A stretch of 41,926 nucleotides of DNA from a virus (lineage: Duplodnaviria; Caudoviricetes), in the IMG/VR virus record IMGVR_UViG_3300020045_017856, positions 1 to 41,926 of that record. One strand, given 5' to 3'. The translations under genes and the position numbers were made by a program. The notes under the pieces were generated by a model that made no database searches, was not told where the DNA came from, and saw only the letters and a list, made by a program, of their open reading frames with translations. This document shows, piece by piece, positions 36,447-41,926 of this stretch; within the stretch, counting starts at the first letter, position 1, and each line of letters opens with the position of its first letter.

Positions 36447-37415
36447 ATGGCACATAATATTTCCATTACTGGAACTGCCGACGCGCTGCTCCAGCACATG
36501 ATTACCTACGGGCCAAAGATCAATCAGAACCTGAAGCAAACGCTGGAGTTCGAGCGCGATCTTTCGTTCGTAGCCTGCGAGAACACCTGGGCAGAACCCA
36601 ACGTGGTGGTCACCAGTCCCTTGCAGCCGTTCCAAACGGCGTTTACGCCGAACAACACCGAGACTTTTGACGTAGTGGAGAATCAACTCCAGCACGGTAA
36701 AATCGACTTGGAATTCAGCCACGAACAGCTAAAGGAGTTTTACGAAGCCTGGAAGTGCAACTGGTTCCAGTTGGGCAGAAACCCCCTGGAGTGGTCGTAC
36801 CCTCGCTACATCATCGACCAACATTTTATGCCTGAATTCTATCAGGATCTGAACCTGGCCAGCTGGGCCGGTATCCGGGTAGAACCTACCCCAGGTACCG
36901 CAGGAACGGCAACGCAGTCGTTCGACGGCTTCGGAAAGAAGATCGACGATGCTGAGGATGATGGCCTGATTGTACCGGCTGCGATGGGCGCTGTACCTGT
37001 AGACTCGACCATCATCGAGTACGTGCGGGACTGGATCCGCATGTTGCCGATTGCCTACCGTAACCGGCCTGGCAAAATCCGCATGAGCGCCACCAATGCC
37101 AGCTACTACGCCGAAGCGTATCAGCGCACCTACCAGTTCAATAGCCAGATCAGCAACAACGCCGATACCCCCTACCTGCGCGTAGATCACTTCAATAAAG
37201 TGATCGTACCGATGGATTGTATGGAAGGCAGCGACCGCATGATCTTCTACCCAGATACCACCGACAACATGGTGATTGGTACGCGGATCAACGAGAATGT
37301 TTATCCCGAGCTGCGCTTCGAACCCTTCGAACGCAAACTGAAGGTGATGGGCGAATTCTCGCGCTTCTTCGGTTTCCGCCACTGGGGGCACTTGTTCGTG
37401 ACCGATCAGGCGTAG
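36447..37415 (+). CDS. Major capsid protein
   Basis: 322 aa directly after protease; LQPFQTAFTP, FDGFGKKI motifs. Confidence 0.8.
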   Translation: MAHNISITGTADALLQHMITYGPKINQNLKQTLEFERDLSFVACENTWAEPNVVVTSPLQPFQTAFTPNNTETFDVVENQLQHGKIDLEFSHEQLKEFYEAWKCNWFQLGRNPLEWSYPRYIIDQHFMPEFYQDLNLASWAGIRVEPTPGTAGTATQSFDGFGKKIDDAEDDGLIVPAAMGAVPVDSTIIEYVRDWIRMLPIAYRNRPGKIRMSATNASYYAEAYQRTYQFNSQISNNADTPYLRVDHFNKVIVPMDCMEGSDRMIFYPDTTDNMVIGTRINENVYPELRFEPFERKLKVMGEFSRFFGFRHWGHLFVTDQA

Positions 37416-37446
37416 TTTTTTTCATTTTCAAAAAAGAAAGTCAATC

Positions 37447-37827
37447 ATGGCTAAGAATAATCAAGAACTGGAACTCGCCAAGCTGAAAGCAGAAAACGAG
37501 GCCCTGCGTGCAAAAGTGGGCACTAGCTACGCCAAGCCAATTCCAGGCACGTACACGGTACAAAACGGCGAAACTCCGGAGGGAGAATCTGTAGCCGGAG
37601 CAGTGTATCAGTTTCGCCCAGGGCAAACGCACATATTGTTGCCCAGTGGTGACTATGTTGCTTCTGAGGTTTTCCTGAAGGTGGTGAACGGCGAAGAGAT
37701 CAGCCCAGCTGAAACAGCCCAAAACCCTGCCCTGGTAAAGCTGGGTAAGGATGGGGCCATCGCATTCATCAACCGGATTATCAGCCGAGGCACTCGGGTG
37801 CTGCAAAAGGTTGAGATTCCAGGGTAA
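37447..37827 (+). CDS. Hypothetical virion-module protein
   Basis: N-terminal coiled coil; after capsid. Confidence 0.65.
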   Translation: MAKNNQELELAKLKAENEALRAKVGTSYAKPIPGTYTVQNGETPEGESVAGAVYQFRPGQTHILLPSGDYVASEVFLKVVNGEEISPAETAQNPALVKLGKDGAIAFINRIISRGTRVLQKVEIPG

Positions 37828-37860
37828 CCTTCATTTTTTCACCAATCAATCATTAAAACA

Positions 37861-38292
37861 ATGAAGCTTTTGAAAAATATTTATTTGGTGTTGCTGCTGC
37901 TGATCAGTTTCGCTGTGAGCAGCAATGCCCAGTTCCGCAGCGGTACCACCAAGACCTTCACCACCGACACCGTTGGTACGGGTGAAACACTCACCTTTAC
38001 CGTGCCTCAAACGGCGGTGGAGTTCGAGCAGTACGGGTACATCTGGCAGGTGCAACTGGACAGGATCAGCGGCAGTTCTGCCGGGAGCATCTACGTGGAG
38101 GAAAGCTTGTACGCATCGGGCTCGAAATGGTTCAGGGTAGATACCGTTACGGTAGCCAATGCGGCCACCCAAACCCTGGTCTTTTCTGGAACCTTGCAAG
38201 GTGTACGGCAGCGAATCTTGTATGTACCCAGCACTACGGGTAGTATCGAAGCTGACGCGCCCATTGTGCGAATCAGGCAGCGGAAGTATTAA
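37861..38292 (+). CDS. Secreted beta-rich protein (Sec signal peptide) in the head-tail module
   Basis: MKLLKNIYLVLLLLISFAVSSNA|Q; T/S/V-rich mature part. Confidence 0.75.
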   Translation: MKLLKNIYLVLLLLISFAVSSNAQFRSGTTKTFTTDTVGTGETLTFTVPQTAVEFEQYGYIWQVQLDRISGSSAGSIYVEESLYASGSKWFRVDTVTVANAATQTLVFSGTLQGVRQRILYVPSTTGSIEADAPIVRIRQRKY

Positions 38293-38327
38293 CCCAATTC
38301 ATTTAAACTTCTAAAGCAAGATTCACA

Positions 38328-38873
38328 ATGTGTAATATCGAAAGAATAACCAAATCCTGTGGGACGCTTACGCCCCCAGGTACCAAGCTGGTGCTGTACC
38401 TGATTCCAAAAGAGGAGATCCTCGCTTGGCCAACAGTGGGTAGTGCCGCTTATGGGGATGCTAAAACCCTTACTACCGCCTGGTCCCTGACTACGGATGT
38501 AGACAAGGGATACTGGCGGCGTGCCGACATTCTGGTGAATAGTGGCAACCTGAAAGTGGGGATGGAAGGTGAGATCGGTGGCCAAGGCTGGAAACAGCGC
38601 CTGGAATTCTTTGTCGAACAGATGGGCAAAGACAAGCTCCAGTGGGCCGACGACATCCTGGCCTGTAGCGGCTGCCTAATCGCCATGATTGCCGGCAAAG
38701 ATGGAAACATGTTTGTGTTGGGCGACCTAGACAATCCAGTGTTTCTGGAAGCAGGGGAAGGTGGTACCGGTGGAGACAAGAGCGGGATACTCTATACCTT
38801 GTATGCAGATACAGGTAAGACCCCGTACATCTACACCCATGCCACAATTGACATCACTCCAAACGCCGCATAA
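38328..38873 (+). CDS. Major tail tube protein
   Basis: 181 aa; EGEIGGQGW, KDGNMFVLGDLDNP, GGTG motifs typical of Bacteroidota siphovirus tube proteins. Confidence 0.65.
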   Translation: MCNIERITKSCGTLTPPGTKLVLYLIPKEEILAWPTVGSAAYGDAKTLTTAWSLTTDVDKGYWRRADILVNSGNLKVGMEGEIGGQGWKQRLEFFVEQMGKDKLQWADDILACSGCLIAMIAGKDGNMFVLGDLDNPVFLEAGEGGTGGDKSGILYTLYADTGKTPYIYTHATIDITPNAA

Positions 38874-38876
38874 GCC

Positions 38877-39116
38877 ATGCCAAGTACAATCACTTTACGA
38901 CCAGATACGGCTGAGAAATACGAAATCGTGGACTACAAAGGCAGCAAGGACGAAGTCCATGTCTTAGGCCACGGAGACATTGTTTTCAGCAAACTTACTC
39001 CCGAAGCCTGCGAAGCTCTGCTAAGCAGAAAATTTCCTTTCCTGCGCAAGAAGGAAGAGAAGAATACAACCACCGCAACAACGCCGAAGCTTGAGAAAAC
39101 CGGGAAACCGGAATAG
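38877..39116 (+). CDS. Small phage protein
   Basis: 79 aa; GDIVFSKLT..CEAL...FPFL. Confidence 0.6.
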   Translation: MPSTITLRPDTAEKYEIVDYKGSKDEVHVLGHGDIVFSKLTPEACEALLSRKFPFLRKKEEKNTTTATTPKLEKTGKPE

Positions 39117-39142
39117 TCGAGATTACATTTGGAGTAGGAAAT

Positions 39143-39178
39143 GGGCTTGTGGAAGACACCGCAGGCCCTTTCTTTTTT
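39143..39178 (+). terminator. Rho-independent terminator
   Basis: GGGCTTGTGG...CCGCAGGCCC followed by TTTCTTTT. Confidence 0.65.
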
Positions 39179-39180
39179 GG

Positions 39181-39215
39181 TGTCCTTGGCAGACAATTGT
39201 TTTGGCTGCACCTTG
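39181..39215 (+). promoter_or_regulatory. Putative phage late promoter (TGTCCTT...GCACCTTG)
   Basis: 34-bp spacing; upstream of packaging operon. Confidence 0.55.
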
Positions 39216-39220
39216 CCTCC

Positions 39221-39859
39221 ATGTTAGCAGAACAAATACACGACTGGATAGAACGCAAGGGGCCATATGCCCAGGGGCTGAGCCTGGCCACTGCTGCGGG
39301 TGCTAAGATACCGGCAGATATGCAAAACGTGAAAGTAGTGTTTCCTCAGCTGCGCGAACGGCTCACTCAGCTGCTACGGCCATACGCAGCCCGGATCAAC
39401 AAGCCGATACCCGTAGCGCAAAGCAGCGGCCAAACAGAGCCGGAAGCGGTGGCCTTGCTACGGCTGCAGCTGCGCGATGCGTACAAGGTGTACGGCACGC
39501 TCAAAGGGCAGCTGTATAGCCTGTGCATCAGCGGCCAGGACAATAGCCGGTACGATGTGGCCAGGCAGATCATGGAAGATGTGATCCCGCAGATCGATGC
39601 ATTATCCGCGAAGCTGAAGGCATACGATCGTTCGGGCATCTTGCCCAGCTTCAGCGATCGGGAAATAGTACGCCTCACCGTCGAAAAAATGAAACAGCTG
39701 GCCAACATGGAAAGCCGGGTAAGTCGCCTAAAAGGCTGGCTCAGATCTGGCGTAGCCGGCACCGAGCGCCTGACCACCGACAAGCTGGCGGAATACGAAA
39801 AGGAGAAGCAGGAAAAGGAACTGCGGATCCAGGAACTTAAAGCCGAACTCGATGCCTAG
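39221..39859 (+). CDS. Hypothetical coiled-coil phage protein
   Basis: ATG at 39221; upstream of terminase genes. Confidence 0.65.
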   Translation: MLAEQIHDWIERKGPYAQGLSLATAAGAKIPADMQNVKVVFPQLRERLTQLLRPYAARINKPIPVAQSSGQTEPEAVALLRLQLRDAYKVYGTLKGQLYSLCISGQDNSRYDVARQIMEDVIPQIDALSAKLKAYDRSGILPSFSDREIVRLTVEKMKQLANMESRVSRLKGWLRSGVAGTERLTTDKLAEYEKEKQEKELRIQELKAELDA

Positions 39860-40430
39860 AAAGCCCGGAGGAATAGTAGAGAACCTGCGCAAATGGTACG
39901 CAGACAGCACCGGCAGAGTGATACTCACGCCGCAGGAGGAAGAGCAATACCAGCGGATCAGGCAGGCCTGGGCGCTACTATCGGATGTGGTGTATCCGCG
40001 CACCAATCCGGAAATCGTGAAGATCCTGATGCAGAACTATGACATCCGCTCCAGCGTAGCCTACGAAACGATCACCTTCGCCAAGGAACTCTACGGCGAC
40101 ATCACCACGAGTGATACATCAGCCAGCCGGGAAATTCTATACGGATTCCTCATCGAGGCGTACCGGATCGCGCATAAGCAGGAGGATCCCAAGGCCATGA
40201 TCGCGGCCATCGGGAAGATGGCGCAGATCAGAGGACTTGACAAAGACACCGCGGACTTGCCCGACTTCAGCAAGGTGGAACCAGGTGACACCATCGTGAA
40301 CCTGCTGGAAGGCGAATTCAAACAGATCGCCATGCTGCTCAGCAGTGGCGTGATTGACTTAAACCGACGCATTGATGCTGAAGAGATCGAGTTCGAACTC
40401 CTTGAACGAGGAGATCAAAAAAGCCATTGA
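39852..40430 (+). CDS. Terminase small subunit (putative)
   Basis: 192-aa helical protein immediately upstream of and overlapping the large subunit. Confidence 0.65.
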   Translation: MPRKPGGIVENLRKWYADSTGRVILTPQEEEQYQRIRQAWALLSDVVYPRTNPEIVKILMQNYDIRSSVAYETITFAKELYGDITTSDTSASREILYGFLIEAYRIAHKQEDPKAMIAAIGKMAQIRGLDKDTADLPDFSKVEPGDTIVNLLEGEFKQIAMLLSSGVIDLNRRIDAEEIEFELLERGDQKSH

Positions 40431-41926
40431 GTACTTGCATGAGCGGGAAAGCTCGGATTATGCAAGCTTGATCAGAGCGATCCAGCCCAGGGTAGTCAAC
40501 TTCAATGTGCCGCAGCTGGTGGCTTCACTAAGCCGGGTGAAAGTACTTGCGCTGGAGTGGGGCCGTGGCACGGGAAAGACAACGTTTTCGGGGTACCGGT
40601 ACAAAGCCATTGTGAATACGATGCCCCGGAGCACGGGCCTATTGGTAGGCGTGACGTATCAGGATGTGCTGACGCGGATCCTACCCAGCTTGGTCCAAGG
40701 CCTGGAGATGTTCGGGATGTACAAAGATCTGCACTACTTTGTAGGCAAGCGCCCGCCGCGTGCCTGGCGGCGTACCTGGGGCAGTGCCTGGCAACCGCCC
40801 GAACGATTCAACCGGTACATTACGTTTTGGAATGGGGCTGGGATACACCTCATTTCGCAGGAGGTGAAAGGCGATGGCCGAGGCTTGAACGCCGATTGGC
40901 TGCACGCTGATGAAGCGGTGAAGCTCAACGGCACCAAGATTGCCGACGATGTGGTCCCAACGCTGCGGGGTACGCATAAGGACTTTAATGGGAATTATTT
41001 GTTTGGCTCGGAGCTGTACTCCAGCTCGACGGCGCTCACTCCGGAAGGGCAATGGTTCTTGGATCTGGAAGAAAAAGCAAAGCAGGAACCTTGGCTGGTG
41101 AACTTCATCTCGGCCACCAGCGCCCATAATAAGATAAACCTGCGCGAAGGGTACATGGACGAAGCCAGGCGCACGGCTTACGTGCTCTGGAAATACGAAG
41201 CGGAGTATGAAAACAAGCGCCCGAGCTTCTCGGTGAATAGCTTCTACTACCTGTTAGATGAGAAGATCCACGCTTACATTGGCGATTACAATTACGAATT
41301 TTACGACAGCATCGGGAAGCAACCCGACTGCCGAGGCGACAACGACCTGGTCAAAGGTCACCCGCTCATCCTCGCCATTGACTGGGGTGCGGCCATCAAC
41401 TCCATGTCGGTCAATCAACACCTGCGCAGCATCAACGAATACCGCACGTTAAAGGAGTTTTACGTGCTGGGTGAAGAGAAAAAAAGCCAGGACGACCTGT
41501 TCAAAGCTTTCGACAACTATTACAAACACCACGACAATAAGGACGTGTACCTGTGGTATGACAATACTGGCAACAACGACACGGGCATTGTGCCACAAAC
41601 CAGGGCTGAAAAGGCGCGGGATCAGCTGCTGGGGATGGGCTACAACCCGATTTTATACACAACAGGGGGGAGTAACATCAGCCACAATGCGAAGTTTATG
41701 CTCTGGGAAAACATTTTCAAGGAGGATAGTTATAGTCTACCTGCCTATAGGATCAATAAATCCAACTGCCCAAACCTATGGCTCAGCATGCGCAATGCCA
41801 AAACCAAGAAGGACCATAACGGAATTGTGCACAAAGACAAGTCTTCAGAGACTTCCAGCAAGATCCCACGCCAGCAAGCAACGGACTTGAGCGATGCGAA
41901 CGATACCGTAGTTTGGGGTTTGTTCA
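40375..41926 (+). CDS. terL: Terminase large subunit (3'-truncated; absent from ORF track)
   Basis: My translation from ATG 40375: WGRGTGKTT Walker A, GRGLNADWLHADEA Walker B, LAIDWG RNase H-like nuclease motif; frame runs off the window. Confidence 0.9.
   Translation, partial: MLKRSSSNSLNEEIKKAIEYLHERESSDYASLIRAIQPRVVNFNVPQLVASLSRVKVLALEWGRGTGKTTFSGYRYKAIVNTMPRSTGLLVGVTYQDVLTRILPSLVQGLEMFGMYKDLHYFVGKRPPRAWRRTWGSAWQPPERFNRYITFWNGAGIHLISQEVKGDGRGLNADWLHADEAVKLNGTKIADDVVPTLRGTHKDFNGNYLFGSELYSSSTALTPEGQWFLDLEEKAKQEPWLVNFISATSAHNKINLREGYMDEARRTAYVLWKYEAEYENKRPSFSVNSFYYLLDEKIHAYIGDYNYEFYDSIGKQPDCRGDNDLVKGHPLILAIDWGAAINSMSVNQHLRSINEYRTLKEFYVLGEEKKSQDDLFKAFDNYYKHHDNKDVYLWYDNTGNNDTGIVPQTRAEKARDQLLGMGYNPILYTTGGSNISHNAKFMLWENIFKEDSYSLPAYRINKSNCPNLWLSMRNAKTKKDHNGIVHKDKSSETSSKIPRQQATDLSDANDTVVWGLF

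Larger units (their letters stand above)
1..41926. mobile_element. Temperate tailed phage genome, near complete, probably excised/permuted form; likely Bacteroidota host
   Basis: Terminase, portal, Clp protease, capsid, tape measure, integrase, CI/Cro, primase and lysis genes present; no host housekeeping genes; integrase is internal. Confidence 0.95.

Noticed and set aside
40557-41890. Short + strand ORFs 40557-40910, 41258-41452, 41471-41890
   Set aside because: Out-of-frame overlaps of the terminase large subunit, which the ORF track missed because it has no stop in the window
1-41926. Stop-codon reassignment
   Set aside because: Genes are full length and densely packed under the standard code; no suppressor tRNA

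Overview
The whole window is a near-complete temperate tailed dsDNA phage (siphovirus-like). The host is probably Bacteroidota, judged from a TTTG-N20-TAnnTTTG promoter, signal peptides ending A-x-(A/G)-Q and the gene families present. It appears to be the excised, circularly permuted form, because the tyrosine integrase and an attP-like site lie mid-window with phage genes on both sides. Gene order: tail/fibre genes, portal, head-tail adaptor, tape measure, antirepressor, integrase/attP, membrane-anchored DEDDh exonuclease, CI/Cro switch, two tRNAs in a hairpin-dense region, primase-helicase with a GTCGAC-repeat origin candidate, SSB/HNH/radical SAM early genes, lysis genes, Clp-type protease, major capsid, tail tube, and terminase (truncated by the window end). 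The most notable signals are (1) a probable programmed -1 frameshift that gives an early membrane protein an alternative zinc-finger C-terminus, (2) several signal-peptide proteins inside the virion gene modules, (3) a five-copy TGTCCTT...TTG late-promoter-like motif, usually just behind a terminator, (4) a heptamer repeat that could phase-vary a gene, and (5) a cluster of structured RNA elements around the tRNAs. All product calls come from motif recognition by eye; no database searches were run.
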